From positions 150,001 to 182,000 of the forward strand of contig CAZHYN010000001.1 in NCBI GenBank assembly GCA_964536865.1: 32,000 nucleotides of DNA, read 5' to 3'. The notes under the pieces were generated by a model. The model did no database searches, was not told the DNA's origin, and saw only the letters and a program-made list of their open reading frames with translations. Positions 18,161-27,508 of the stretch are shown in pieces. Both the position numbers and the translations under genes were made by a program. Origin of the DNA: an uncultured Planctomycetia bacterium (GTDB lineage Bacteria > Omnitrophota > Gorgyraeia > Duberdicusellales > 4484-171). Position 1 is the stretch's first letter; each line of letters begins with the position of its first letter.

Positions 18161-19696
18161 ATGGTGAAACAAAAGATTTTAGAGAGAAATATTGAACAGT
18201 TAATTGATTTAGGGAAGAAAAAAGGATATCTTACCTACGATGAGATAAATCATTTCCTTTCTGAAGAGATAGTGAACGCTAACGACTTGGATGCTATCTT
18301 GGAAAGATTAGATGACCAGCGGATAAGTGTTCTTGAGACCAGTGAGGTAGGGGAGTGGGAGAAAGTTAAGGAGAAGAAGACAGCGGTCAGCGAAGTTCTC
18401 CCTGTGGATGACCCTGTGAAAATGTATCTTAAGCAGATGGGGCAAATTCCTCTTCTCTCTCGTGAGGAAGAGATAAAGTTGGCTAGAGAAATAGAGGAGA
18501 AGGAGGAGGCTTTAAGGGAGTTAGTGTATTCCACCTCCTTAGCCAAAGAGGCTTTTTTAGAAATTTCTAAAAAATTATTGGAAGGAGAGTTAAATCCTGA
18601 TGATTTTGTGAAGGGGGAGATAAAAAATAAAGATAGAGAGCTTAGACGCATAAGAAATCTGTACTATAAGCTAGCAAGGGTCAAAAGGATTGATACCCAA
18701 AAGGGTATTCTAAAGAAGTTTAACTTTACCATAAGTGTAGTGGAAATGATTGTGGATCGTATAAACACTATCCTCAAGAAAATAGAGAGATTGGATAGAA
18801 AAATAAAAAAGATTACTAGGGATAGGGGGAGAAGAATCCAGTTAAAGAGAGAAAGGAATAAGTTAGTAAAGAAGATAGCTTCCAAGGGTGAGGAAGTTAA
18901 AGAGAAATTTAGATTAATTTTAGAGAGACAAACACTTTATAACCATGCTAAGAGGTCCTTGGTAGAAGCTAATTTAAGGTTGGTAGTAAGTATCGCTAAA
19001 AAGTATGTAAATAGAGGACTTTCCTTCTTGGATTTAATTCAAGAAGGAAATATCGGTCTTATAAAGGCAGTAGAGAAGTTTGAATATAAGAGAGGATATA
19101 AATTTTCTACCTATGCCACTTGGTGGATAAGGCAAGCAATAACAAGAGCAATTGCTGATCAGGCTAGAACTATAAGGATTCCTGTGCATATGACTGAGAC
19201 CATAAATAAGATAATTAGGATTTCTCGGCTGTATATCCAGGAGAAAGGTAGAGAACCTACTTCTGAGGAGTTAGCCAAAGAGCTCAAAATTCCCATTTCT
19301 AAAATAAAAGATATCATAAAAGTTTCTCAACAACCTATTTCTATCCACACTCCTATAGGTGATGATGGGGATACTTATTTTGGAGACTTTATTGAAGATA
19401 AAAAGACTGTTTCTCCTGCAAACGCTACTGTGTACTCTATGTTAAGAGAAGAGCTTACTCAGGCTATGGAGAGTTTAACTGAGAGAGAGAAAAAAATTCT
19501 TAGTTTAAGATTTGGGTTAGAAGATGGCACACCTAAGACTTTAGAAGAAGTAGGAAATATTTTTAAGGTTACTAGGGAAAGAATTCGTCAGATCGAGGCA
19601 AAAGCTTTAAAGAAACTCAGACATCCTAGTCGGTCTCGCCGTCTTCAGGCGTTTTTAGAGTTGACTTTCTTTAGGGGGAAATATCGATCTGTTTGA
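18161..19696 (+). CDS. rpoD: Primary RNA polymerase sigma factor (sigma70)
   Basis: Region 2 ([54 protein letters not shown]) and region 4 ([30 protein letters not shown]) are present. It lies immediately after dnaG. Confidence 0.95.
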   Translation: MVKQKILERNIEQLIDLGKKKGYLTYDEINHFLSEEIVNANDLDAILERLDDQRISVLETSEVGEWEKVKEKKTAVSEVLPVDDPVKMYLKQMGQIPLLSREEEIKLAREIEEKEEALRELVYSTSLAKEAFLEISKKLLEGELNPDDFVKGEIKNKDRELRRIRNLYYKLARVKRIDTQKGILKKFNFTISVVEMIVDRINTILKKIERLDRKIKKITRDRGRRIQLKRERNKLVKKIASKGEEVKEKFRLILERQTLYNHAKRSLVEANLRLVVSIAKKYVNRGLSFLDLIQEGNIGLIKAVEKFEYKRGYKFSTYATWWIRQAITRAIADQARTIRIPVHMTETINKIIRISRLYIQEKGREPTSEELAKELKIPISKIKDIIKVSQQPISIHTPIGDDGDTYFGDFIEDKKTVSPANATVYSMLREELTQAMESLTEREKKILSLRFGLEDGTPKTLEEVGNIFKVTRERIRQIEAKALKKLRHPSRSRRLQAFLELTFFRGKYRSV

Positions 19697-19767
19697 TTCT
19701 AGTTGGACAATTAAAGCTCCTTCCTTTTTTTAGGTTTTGGTCATAATAAAATTTCTAAATTTTCCTG

Positions 19768-19797
19768 TTGCAATTGTGCCCCTTGTTTAGTTATAAT
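19768..19797 (+). promoter_or_regulatory. Sigma70-type promoter upstream of gatCAB
   Basis: The promoter reads TTGCAA (19768-19773), 18 nt spacer, TATAAT (19792-19797), in the 187-nt rpoD-gatC gap. Confidence 0.5.
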
Positions 19798-19883
19798 TAA
19801 ACATCTATGGAGAAGTACAAGATTATCTTTACCTTTGCATCAAACGATTGTTGGGTTAGAAACTAAGAGGCAGCTTAAGAAGA

Positions 19884-20168
19884 ATGGTCGATAGAAAAAC
19901 TGTTGAATACATTGCTAATCTAGCACGAATCAAAGTAAAGGAAGAAGAAATAGAGTATTTAAGAGTCCAGCTTTCAAGAATTTTAGATTATGTAGATAAA
20001 TTAAAACAACTCAATGTAGATAATGTCCCTGTAACTAGAGGAACTTTCTTTACTGAGAATATCTTAAGGGAAGACGAAGTTAAAAATTCTAAACTGAACC
20101 AAGAGATTCTTAAAAATTCTCCTTGCCTCCAAGAGAACCACTTTAAGATTCCCAAGGTAATAGAATGA
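19884..20168 (+). CDS. gatC: Asp-tRNA(Asn)/Glu-tRNA(Gln) amidotransferase subunit C
   Basis: The 94-aa protein carries [20 protein letters not shown]...[10 protein letters not shown]. It overlaps gatA by ATGA. Confidence 0.9.
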   Translation: MVDRKTVEYIANLARIKVKEEEIEYLRVQLSRILDYVDKLKQLNVDNVPVTRGTFFTENILREDEVKNSKLNQEILKNSPCLQENHFKIPKVIE

Positions 20169-21598
20169 AGGATTTTTTTAAATTAGGTGGTCATCAGTTA
20201 GCAGAATTTATTAAAGATAGTAAACTTGATAGAGATAAGCTTCCCTTTCTTTTTCGAGAGAGGGCGCAGAGATTAGACCCCCTAATTAAAAGTTTCGTAG
20301 AGATTTACCCTCAACCTATCATAGGGGAAGGTAACTCCTTCCTTAAGGGGATCCCTATTGCTATTAAAGATAACATCTGTATAAAAGGGAAAAGAATTAC
20401 CTGCGCTTCTAAAATTCTTAATTCTCACATCTCTGTTTATGATGCTACAGTGATAGAGAGATTAAAAAGAGCAGGGCTGGTTATTTTAGGTACTACCAAT
20501 ATGGATGAATTTGCTTTTGGTTCATCCTGTGAGAATTCCTGTTATGGACCGACGAAGAACCCTTGGGAGCTGGAGAGAGTCCCTGGAGGTTCCTCGGGAG
20601 GCTCAGCAGCAGCTGTGGCTGCCCGTTTGGTACCTTTTGCTTTAGGTTCAGATACCGGAGGCTCCATCCGCCAGCCTGCGAGTTTCTGTGGGGTGGTGGG
20701 TTTTAAACCCACCTATGGAAGAGTTTCCCGCTTTGGATTAGTAGCTTTTGCTTCTAGCCTTGACCAGATAGGGCCGATAACTACTGACTTTGTAGACTGC
20801 GCCTACCTTTTAAATATCATCTGTGGATTTGATAAATTTGATTCTACCTCTGCTAAGGTAGATGTGCCTGATTTTACTCAAGCTTTAACTTTTCAAGTAA
20901 GTGATATAAAGATAGGAATTCCTCAGGAGTATTTCCAAGAAGGTTTAGATAGGGAAGTAGAAGAGAAAGTAATGGGTGTAGCAAAACAATTAGAGAAAAA
21001 AGGGGCAAAACTTATAGATATTTCTTTACCTCACACAGAGTATGCTGTGGCTACATACTACATTATAGCTTGCTCTGAGGCTAGCTCTAATTTGCAGAGG
21101 TACGATGGAATAAAGTATGGGTTAAGAGAGAGTAAAAATAATCTTGTGGAACTCTACAGAGAATCTCGAGGAGAAGGGTTTGGAGAGGAAGCGAAGAGAA
21201 GGATTTTTTTAGGTACTTATAGTCTTTCTAGTGGGTATTATCAAGCGTATTACTTAAGAGCTCTCAAAGTTAGGACTTTAATTAAAGATGATTTTCAAAA
21301 GGCATTTGATAAGGTAGATGTGATTTTGACTCCTACATCTCCTACATCGGCTTTTAAAATAGGAGAAAAGATAACCGACCCTTTAAGCATGTATCTTTCT
21401 GATATTTATACTATTTCTGTTAATTTAGCTGGACTTCCTGCAGTTTCTTTTCCTTGTGGATTTAATAAGAATAATTTACCTGTGGGAGCCCAGCTTATTG
21501 GGAGAGCTTTTGATGAGCAGACTTTAATAAGAATAGGATTTAGTTATCAACAAATAACTGATTACCATACTCAAATTCCTCCTTTAGTATATGAGTAA
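20165..21598 (+). CDS. gatA: Asp/Glu-tRNA amidotransferase subunit A
   Basis: The amidase signature [13 protein letters not shown] ... [12 protein letters not shown] is present. Confidence 0.95.
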   Translation: MKDFFKLGGHQLAEFIKDSKLDRDKLPFLFRERAQRLDPLIKSFVEIYPQPIIGEGNSFLKGIPIAIKDNICIKGKRITCASKILNSHISVYDATVIERLKRAGLVILGTTNMDEFAFGSSCENSCYGPTKNPWELERVPGGSSGGSAAAVAARLVPFALGSDTGGSIRQPASFCGVVGFKPTYGRVSRFGLVAFASSLDQIGPITTDFVDCAYLLNIICGFDKFDSTSAKVDVPDFTQALTFQVSDIKIGIPQEYFQEGLDREVEEKVMGVAKQLEKKGAKLIDISLPHTEYAVATYYIIACSEASSNLQRYDGIKYGLRESKNNLVELYRESRGEGFGEEAKRRIFLGTYSLSSGYYQAYYLRALKVRTLIKDDFQKAFDKVDVILTPTSPTSAFKIGEKITDPLSMYLSDIYTISVNLAGLPAVSFPCGFNKNNLPVGAQLIGRAFDEQTLIRIGFSYQQITDYHTQIPPLVYE

Positions 21599-23030
21599 AG
21601 AGTTAGAGATAGTCATAGGATTGGAAGTACATGTTCAGTTAGATACGAGATCAAAGATTTTCTGCAGCTGCTCTACTGGTTTCGGCGCTCTTCCTAATAC
21701 TAATATCTGTCCGGTATGTTGTGGATATCCTGGAGTTCTCCCTGTGCTGAATAAGAAAGCTTTGTTTTTAGCGTTAAGAGTTTGCTTAGCTTTAAATTGC
21801 AAAATAAATAGAAGGATATATTTTGAAAGGAAAAATTATTTCTATCCAGATTTACCGAAGAATTATCAGATTTCTCAGTATGCCCTTCCCCTTGGTGAGG
21901 ATGGGATTCTTTTGATTTCTTCAGGGAAAGAGATAAATATAAAGAGGGTACACTTAGAGGAAGATGCAGGAAAGCTCATCCACAGAAAAGACTACTCATT
22001 AGTTGATTTCAATCGTGCTGGTATCCCTCTTTTGGAGATAGTAACCTATCCAGATATAAATACTCCCCAAGAAGCATTTGATTACCTAACTCAACTTAAA
22101 CTTACTCTTCAGTATATAGGAGCATCTACTTGCGATATGGAGAAGGGATATCTACGTTGCGATGCTAATATATCTCTAAGAGAGAAAGGAGAAAATAATT
22201 TAGGCACAAAGGTCGAGCTTAAAAATATGAATACGTTTAGAGGAGTAAGAGATGCTTTAGAGTATGAAGTAAAGCGCCAGACAAAAATCATAGAGAAAGG
22301 AGAGAAAATTTATCAAGAGACAAGATTATGGGATCCCTCCCAAGGTAAGACTTTCTCTATGCGAAGGAAAGAGGAGGCACATGACTATAGATATTTTCCT
22401 GAGCCTGATTTAGTTGATTTTAAGATAGAGGAAGAGTGGATAGAGAGAGAACGTTCTTTAATAGGAGAACTTCCCCTGACGAGAAAGAAAAGAATACTTA
22501 AGGATTATCAACTCCAAGAGGAAGAAGTGGATGTAATTGTATCCTCTAGGTGGTTAGCCGATTTTTTCGAGAAAGCCTGTAGTTACTTTAAGGATTATAA
22601 GAAGATTGCTAGCTGGTTGATAGGCCCCTTCTTGGAAATTTTCTATACTGAAGGGAGTGATTGGAGTAAAATAAAAATCACCCCTAAGAGCTTCTCTAAA
22701 GTTGTGGAGTATTTCTCTACAGGAAAATTGAATAACTTAGGAGCAAAAAAAGTTCTTGCTAAGATCTTTACCAATAATGCCGACGTAGATAAAGTTATAG
22801 AGGAAGAAGGGTTAGCTCAGGTTTCTGGTGAGGAAGAGTTAATTAAGTTTGTAGAGGAAGCCATTGTTGCCAATCCCAATCCGGTAAATGACTACCTTAG
22901 AGGAAAACAGCAAGCAGTGATGTTTCTGGTGGGATGGGTAATGAAAAAAAGTAGAGGTAAAGCAAATCCCAAAGTAGTCAGAGAAATGTTAGAGAAGAAA
23001 TTGAGAGAGAAAGGAGGAGGTAATGATTAA
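21591..23030 (+). CDS. gatB: Asp/Glu-tRNA amidotransferase subunit B
   Basis: It has the GatB N-terminus IGLEVHVQL...KIFC, the motifs HLEEDAGK and [13 protein letters not shown], and a C-terminal GatB_Yqey-like tail. Confidence 0.95.
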   Translation: MSKELEIVIGLEVHVQLDTRSKIFCSCSTGFGALPNTNICPVCCGYPGVLPVLNKKALFLALRVCLALNCKINRRIYFERKNYFYPDLPKNYQISQYALPLGEDGILLISSGKEINIKRVHLEEDAGKLIHRKDYSLVDFNRAGIPLLEIVTYPDINTPQEAFDYLTQLKLTLQYIGASTCDMEKGYLRCDANISLREKGENNLGTKVELKNMNTFRGVRDALEYEVKRQTKIIEKGEKIYQETRLWDPSQGKTFSMRRKEEAHDYRYFPEPDLVDFKIEEEWIERERSLIGELPLTRKKRILKDYQLQEEEVDVIVSSRWLADFFEKACSYFKDYKKIASWLIGPFLEIFYTEGSDWSKIKITPKSFSKVVEYFSTGKLNNLGAKKVLAKIFTNNADVDKVIEEEGLAQVSGEEELIKFVEEAIVANPNPVNDYLRGKQQAVMFLVGWVMKKSRGKANPKVVREMLEKKLREKGGGND

Positions 23031-24264
23031 GAGATTTTTTATTTTTCTACTGATAGGGTTTCTCTGCTTCTCTTGGAATTTGGGTTTCTCTTCTGAGAAA
23101 GAGACAAAAAAAGAGACAAAAAAAGATGCATTGTATAGAGAATTGGATCTATTAGGAGAAGCACTCTCTATCGTGAGCAAAAAGTATGTAGAGGAGAAGT
23201 CCTTAAAGGATCTAATCTATGGAGCAATAGAGGGGTTAGCATCATCCCTAGATTCTTATAGTCAATTTTTAAAGCCTGAAGATTATAAAGAGCTTCTTGT
23301 AGAGACAGAAGGAAAGTTTGGAGGGTTAGGTATAGAAATAACTATAAAAGACGGTTTACTTACTGTTGTCTCTCCCCTGGAAGATACACCTGCATTTAAA
23401 GCAGGATTGAGGGCAGGAGATATTATTGTAAAGATAAATGGGGAGATAACTAAAGGGATTACCTTAAATGAAGCAGTAAAAAAATTAAGAGGTCAACCAG
23501 GTACTCAGGTGAAGTTAACTATTCTTAAAGAGAAAACAAAACAGATTCAGGAGGTGACTATTACTCGGGATATAATAAAGATTCAGGATGTAAAGAGGGC
23601 ACTTATCCTTGAAGATGGTATAGCGTACCTAAAACTTAGTGAGTTTCGGGAAGATACTGCTAAAGAGTTGGCTCAAGCTTTAAGGGATTTGGAAAGGAAA
23701 GGGATGAAAGCTTTAATTTTAGATTTGAGGAATAACCCAGGAGGTCTCCTTGTTTCTGCAGTAGAAGTGGCAAGTAGATTTTTGCCTAAGGATAAGGTTA
23801 TCGTTTCTACCAAGTCCCGTAACGCTGAAACTTTAGTCTATAAGTCACTTTCTTCTTCACCAAAATATTTAGATATGCCTATGGTAGTTCTGATAAATAG
23901 AGGAAGTGCCTCGGGAAGTGAAATAGTAGCTGCTGCCTTGAGAGAAAACAAGAGAGCTGTCCTTCTAGGAGAGAAGAGTTTCGGTAAGGCCAGTGTACAG
24001 AGCGTATTACCTCTTAGTGATGGTTCTGCTTTAAGAATTACTACAGCAAAGTACTATACCCCTGAAGGGAAAAGTATTCATCAAAATGGAGTTGAGCCAG
24101 ATATTGTAGTTACTAAAGAAGTAAGTGATCAGCCTGAGCAAGAGAATGTTTTTGAAAGGATTAAAGAAGAGAGAAGTAGAGAGTTTGATTATAAGAAAGA
24201 TTATCAACTTTTAAGAGCAATAGATTTAGTGAAAGGGCTCTTGGTACTTTCTCAAAAAAAATAA
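23023..24264 (+). CDS. S41 family carboxy-terminal processing protease
   Basis: It has a signal peptide, a PDZ segment (GGLGIEI...GDIIVKING), and S41 catalytic motifs (RNNPGG, GSASGSEI, KSFGKASVQ). Confidence 0.9.
   Translation: MIKRFFIFLLIGFLCFSWNLGFSSEKETKKETKKDALYRELDLLGEALSIVSKKYVEEKSLKDLIYGAIEGLASSLDSYSQFLKPEDYKELLVETEGKFGGLGIEITIKDGLLTVVSPLEDTPAFKAGLRAGDIIVKINGEITKGITLNEAVKKLRGQPGTQVKLTILKEKTKQIQEVTITRDIIKIQDVKRALILEDGIAYLKLSEFREDTAKELAQALRDLERKGMKALILDLRNNPGGLLVSAVEVASRFLPKDKVIVSTKSRNAETLVYKSLSSSPKYLDMPMVVLINRGSASGSEIVAAALRENKRAVLLGEKSFGKASVQSVLPLSDGSALRITTAKYYTPEGKSIHQNGVEPDIVVTKEVSDQPEQENVFERIKEERSREFDYKKDYQLLRAIDLVKGLLVLSQKK
23101..23124 (+). repeat. Perfect 12-nt tandem repeat x2 (GAGACAAAAAAA) inside the protease N-terminus
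   Basis: Read directly from the sequence. It encodes ETKK-ETKK just after the signal peptide, and each unit contains an A7 run. Confidence 0.9.
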
Positions 24265-24266
24265 GA

Positions 24267-25256
24267 ATGTATGCTTTAGGGATAGAGACCTCTTGTGATG
24301 AAACTTCCTGTGCAGTTGTAAGGAACAGAGAAGTTCTTACTAATTTTACTGTTTCCTCTCTAAGGTATCATAGAAAATATGGAGGTATAGTTCCAGAAAT
24401 TGCCACCCGTAATCATCTAAAATTCATAGATAAAGTCTTTCTTCTAGCAATTAGGAAGGCAAAGGTAGATCTTAAAGATATAAAAGTTATAGGAGTAACT
24501 TATAAACCGGGTCTTTTAGGATCTCTTCTAGTAGGAGTAAATTTTGCCAAAGCTCTCAGCTTAGCTTTAGATAAGCCATTTTTGGGGATAAATCATCTTC
24601 ATGCTCATCTCTTTTCTCCTTTTCTGAATAATCAAATACCATTTCCTCTACCTTTTGTAGGACTGGTGGCTAGTGGAGGACACACAGAAATTTTTTTAGT
24701 AAAAGATTTTTCCCAGATAAAACTGTTAGGTAGTACCACCGATGATGCTTGCGGAGAGGTTTTTGATAAGGTAGCAAGAGCTTTTGGGTTAGGATATCCA
24801 GGAGGTGTCTACATAGATAAAGTTTACTCCCCTGATTTCAGAGAGAGTTTCTCCTTTAGATGTGGAAGAAAAGGGTTCAATTTCAGTTTTAGTGGAGTGA
24901 AGACAGCAGTAATCTATAAAAAAAATGAACTAGAGAAGAAACAAAAATTAGACAGAGAGACAAAGATTAAAATTCTTTCTTCTTTTCAGGAGAGTGTAGT
25001 AAAAACAATAGTAGAAGGAATCGAAGAAGCAGCAACAAAGTTAGGAATTAGGAATATTGTGTGTGGTGGAGGAGTTGTAGCTAACCGTCGACTTAGGGAG
25101 TTATTGAGAAATTTAGAAAAGAAGGGATTCAAAATATTCTTACCCTCTTTAGCTTATACCACTGATAATGCCGCTATGGTTGCAGGAATTGCCTTTTACT
25201 TGTATAATAGAAAAAGAGAGACAAGTAATTTTAAATTAGAGGCAGAAGCAAATTAA
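24267..25256 (+). CDS. tsaD: tRNA N6-adenosine threonylcarbamoyltransferase
   Basis: The motifs GIETSCDETS, INHLHAH, SGGHTE and GGGVVAN, typical of TsaD/Kae1, are present. Confidence 0.95.
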   Translation: MYALGIETSCDETSCAVVRNREVLTNFTVSSLRYHRKYGGIVPEIATRNHLKFIDKVFLLAIRKAKVDLKDIKVIGVTYKPGLLGSLLVGVNFAKALSLALDKPFLGINHLHAHLFSPFLNNQIPFPLPFVGLVASGGHTEIFLVKDFSQIKLLGSTTDDACGEVFDKVARAFGLGYPGGVYIDKVYSPDFRESFSFRCGRKGFNFSFSGVKTAVIYKKNELEKKQKLDRETKIKILSSFQESVVKTIVEGIEEAATKLGIRNIVCGGGVVANRRLRELLRNLEKKGFKIFLPSLAYTTDNAAMVAGIAFYLYNRKRETSNFKLEAEAN

Positions 25257-25257
25257 A

Positions 25258-25686
25258 ATGTTGAATAACCTTCAAATAATATGCCGTTTAATCTTGGCTT
25301 TCTTCTTAGGAAGCGTTATTGGATTGGAGAGAGAGAAGAAAGGAAGGAGCGCAGGTCTTCGTACCCATATTCTTGTCTGTACTTCTTCTTGTTTAATTAT
25401 GCTTGTTTCTCTCTACATGTATGAGCTTTTTAGAGGAGAGGTTCCTTTAGATCCTGCACGGATAGCTGCGGGTGTGGTAACCGGTATCGGATTTTTAGGA
25501 GCAGGTACGATTATTCGTAGTACCAAAGCAGTAAGAGGACTTACTAGTGCTGCTAGTGTGTGGGTAAGTGCAGCTATTGGGTTGGCGGTAGGGTGTGGGT
25601 TTTATGTAGGGGCAATTTTAACTACGGGCTTAGCTTTCTTAACTTTAGCTTTTCTTAAGATTGTTGAAAGTAGGTGGGAGAAGTAA
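25258..25686 (+). CDS. MgtC/SapB family membrane protein (short form)
   Basis: It has the motif GLEREKKGRSAGLRTHILV and four or five TM segments. Confidence 0.85.
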   Translation: MLNNLQIICRLILAFFLGSVIGLEREKKGRSAGLRTHILVCTSSCLIMLVSLYMYELFRGEVPLDPARIAAGVVTGIGFLGAGTIIRSTKAVRGLTSAASVWVSAAIGLAVGCGFYVGAILTTGLAFLTLAFLKIVESRWEK

Positions 25687-25708
25687 GTTTAAGAGGAGGT
25701 GGAGATAG

Positions 25709-26200
25709 ATGGCTAGAAGAAGAGATGAGGAGAAAGTTTTAGATGTAAATGCTACGATGCAAGGAAGCCTGGTGTTCTCTGATCCTGTAAATTTAAGGAT
25801 AAATGGGAGATTCGAGGGAAATCTTAAAACAAAAGGTAACTTGATCATTGGAGAGAGAGCAACTGTGTTTGCAGAGATTGAAGGAGAAAATATTATCATT
25901 TCTGGATTAGTAAGAGGGAAGATAAAATCTACTCAAATAGTGAGCCTTTCTTCAACTGCTAATGTCTACGCAGATATTCACACACCCAAAATATCTATTG
26001 AAGAAGGAGCAACTTTTAATGGTAAGTGTACAATGATAGGAGAAAAATTATCATTAGAGGAAGTAGCGGATTTCCTTTCTGTGGATAAGGAGAAAGTGAT
26101 AGAATGGGTAAATAACGGTAGGATACCTGCACAAAAGGAAGGTAATGGCTACGTATTTGATAGAAGAGAAGTAGAGTTATGGGTGGAACAGAATCGCTAG
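25709..26200 (+). CDS. Bactofilin-domain protein fused to a C-terminal excisionase/MerR-type HTH
   Basis: Residues about 15-108 show the bactofilin beta-helix periodicity (GNLKTKGNLIIGERATVFAEIEGENIIISGLVRGKI...IEEGATFNGKCTM). Residues about 113-160, LSLEEVADFLSVDKEKVIEWVNNGRIPAQKEGNGYVFDRREVELWV, match the HTH_17 pattern. A strong SD (GAGGAGG) precedes the start. Confidence 0.7.
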   Translation: MARRRDEEKVLDVNATMQGSLVFSDPVNLRINGRFEGNLKTKGNLIIGERATVFAEIEGENIIISGLVRGKIKSTQIVSLSSTANVYADIHTPKISIEEGATFNGKCTMIGEKLSLEEVADFLSVDKEKVIEWVNNGRIPAQKEGNGYVFDRREVELWVEQNR

Positions 26201-26496
26201 AGAAAAAGCTTCTTACTACTAGAGAAGTCTCTCAAATTTTAGGAATCTTAGAGAAGGAGGTGATAGAGTTAGCTCAGGAAGGTAAGCTTCCTTATTATAA
26301 GGTGGCAGGAGAATTTTTACGATTCAAAAAAGAAGATATTCTAAAGGTAAAGAAAGGAATTCAGAGAAAGTTTAAAGTAGAGCAGAGGTATCCTTCCTGG
26401 AGAGAAAAAGTTAGTGATTTTTTTTACTTCAATGACTTTTACATCATTTCTGGAGTGATAATTGTAATTCTTCTGTGGTTTATATTCAGGAGTTAA
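26179..26496 (+). CDS. Membrane-anchored excisionase-type HTH protein
   Basis: LLTTREVSQILGILEKEVIELAQEGKLPYYKVAGEFLRFKKEDILKV matches the HTH_17 pattern. A single C-terminal TM helix follows (FYIISGVIIVILLWFIF). It overlaps the previous gene by 22 nt. Confidence 0.6.
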   Translation: MGGTESLEKKLLTTREVSQILGILEKEVIELAQEGKLPYYKVAGEFLRFKKEDILKVKKGIQRKFKVEQRYPSWREKVSDFFYFNDFYIISGVIIVILLWFIFRS

Positions 26497-26598
26497 TCTA
26501 TACCCCCAGTAAGACCACCTTCAACTTAAGAAAATGATAACTACTCTAAAAATATTTTTCTTTCGTTTTCGGGAGGTTTATTTTAGATTAAGGATAGT

Positions 26599-27027
26599 TT
26601 AGAATTTTATTTTAAAGATATATTGAACTTTATCGTTACTAAATTCTGGTTTCCCTTTTATTTTAAAGAATTGTACTTTAGCTTTTTCTTTTACCCAGTT
26701 TTCTACTTCTTTAGCTTTGAAGTAAGGATAAAATATATCTACCCCTAACATCTTTTCCCACACTTTCCTTAGTCTTCTTCTTTCCTTATTTTTGTCTATA
26801 ACTTCTGCATAAGCAGGGGTATTTACCCAGGTTAGAAAGGAAGAACTTGAAATAGTTTCCTTATGAGTAGGTGAATCTCTTAGAGAGATTTCTTCTAAAG
26901 AAAATTTTTTCTTATCTACTATGGAAGGAGGTTCCTGAGAAAAGCTTCTTCCTCCGGATAGAAAAAACCACCCTATTACTGCTAAAAGGAGTAAAAATCC
27001 TATTCTTTTCTTTTTAAGTTTTCTCAT
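26599..27027 (-). CDS. Hypothetical secreted protein (142 aa)
   Basis: It has a signal-peptide-like N-terminus (MRKLKKKRIGFLLLLAVIGWFFLSG), an SD (GGGGGAG), and a C-terminal aromatic residue (FKIKF). I recognise no family. Confidence 0.5.
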   Translation of the reverse strand: MRKLKKKRIGFLLLLAVIGWFFLSGGRSFSQEPPSIVDKKKFSLEEISLRDSPTHKETISSSSFLTWVNTPAYAEVIDKNKERRRLRKVWEKMLGVDIFYPYFKAKEVENWVKEKAKVQFFKIKGKPEFSNDKVQYIFKIKF

Positions 27028-27124
27028 ACTCCCCCTATTTAATTATACCATATTTTACCACAAAAAATCACCTTGCAAGGAAAAAAGCACATTTGTATCT
27101 CTATAGTGTTTAAATAGCTACCTG

Positions 27125-27505
27125 CTAATCGCTAAAAAAGATGGAGATTAACTCTTTTATAAAATCTGCTCCTGCGATTATACTCTTCTCCAATCCCTCT
27201 ATAATCCCCTTCACTTCCTCTCCCGGAGCACGCCAGATAGCAAATAATCTGTAACGCAAAAGACCTCGCTTTTCCGGCTTTTCTCTCCCCCATACTTCAT
27301 AAGAGTAAGCATTTTTAATATTTTTTGGTCCCTTAATTAGTGCTCCGTATAAAGGTGAGAAAGTAAATTCTACTAAGTTTTTTCCCATATTTATAAGGTG
27401 GCCTCTTACAGAGTAAGAGAAAGAGGGAGAGGGAGAAAGGAGAAACCACATTATGGATATACCAAGGGATATTTTTTTAATCATATTGGATATTTTTTTA
27501 ATCAT
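27125..27505 (-). CDS. Hypothetical small secreted protein (119-126 aa)
   Basis: It has a signal peptide (ISLGISIMWFLLSPSPSFS). The N-terminus MIKKISN-MIKKISL comes from a 21-bp tandem duplication, so the start could be 27505 or 27484. There is a weak, unverified resemblance to small exosortase-associated (TIGR04073-like) secreted proteins. Confidence 0.5.
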   Translation of the reverse strand: MIKKISNMIKKISLGISIMWFLLSPSPSFSYSVRGHLINMGKNLVEFTFSPLYGALIKGPKNIKNAYSYEVWGREKPEKRGLLRYRLFAIWRAPGEEVKGIIEGLEKSIIAGADFIKELISIFFSD

Positions 27506-27508
27506 ATT
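27467..27508. repeat. Perfect 21-bp tandem duplication (GGATATTTTTTTAATCATATT x2) at a gene junction
   Basis: Read base by base: 27467-27487 is identical to 27488-27508. On the minus strand each copy carries ATGATTAAAAAAATATCC (MIKKIS). Copy 2 also contains the stop codon of the upstream phosphatase gene (27498-27500). Confidence 0.95.

Noticed and set aside
18250-18885. Two minus-strand ORFs (133 and 73 aa) antisense to rpoD. The same applies to 1550-1750, 6560-6823, 8333-8829, 9081-9299, 10780-11115, 11600-11878, 16117-16302, 17344-17580, 22109-22291, 22989-23180, 25645-25899, 28643-28846, 30013-30319, 30679-30999 and 31138-31392.
   Set aside because: All lie antisense to, or overlap, strongly supported + strand genes. 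All have Ser/Leu/Phe-rich shadow-frame composition.
19807-19866. 19-codon ORF (MEKYKIIFTFASNDCWVRN) between the gatC promoter and gatC
   Set aside because: It has no SD and no known leader-peptide logic for gatCAB. It is too short to evaluate, so it is not reported as a feature.
27042-27050. Extended -10-like TGGTATAAT on the minus strand upstream of the 142-aa secreted ORF
   Set aside because: It lies only about 15 nt from the ATG, so a transcript from it would start inside or after the SD (GGGGGAG). Read-through from the upstream genes is more plausible.
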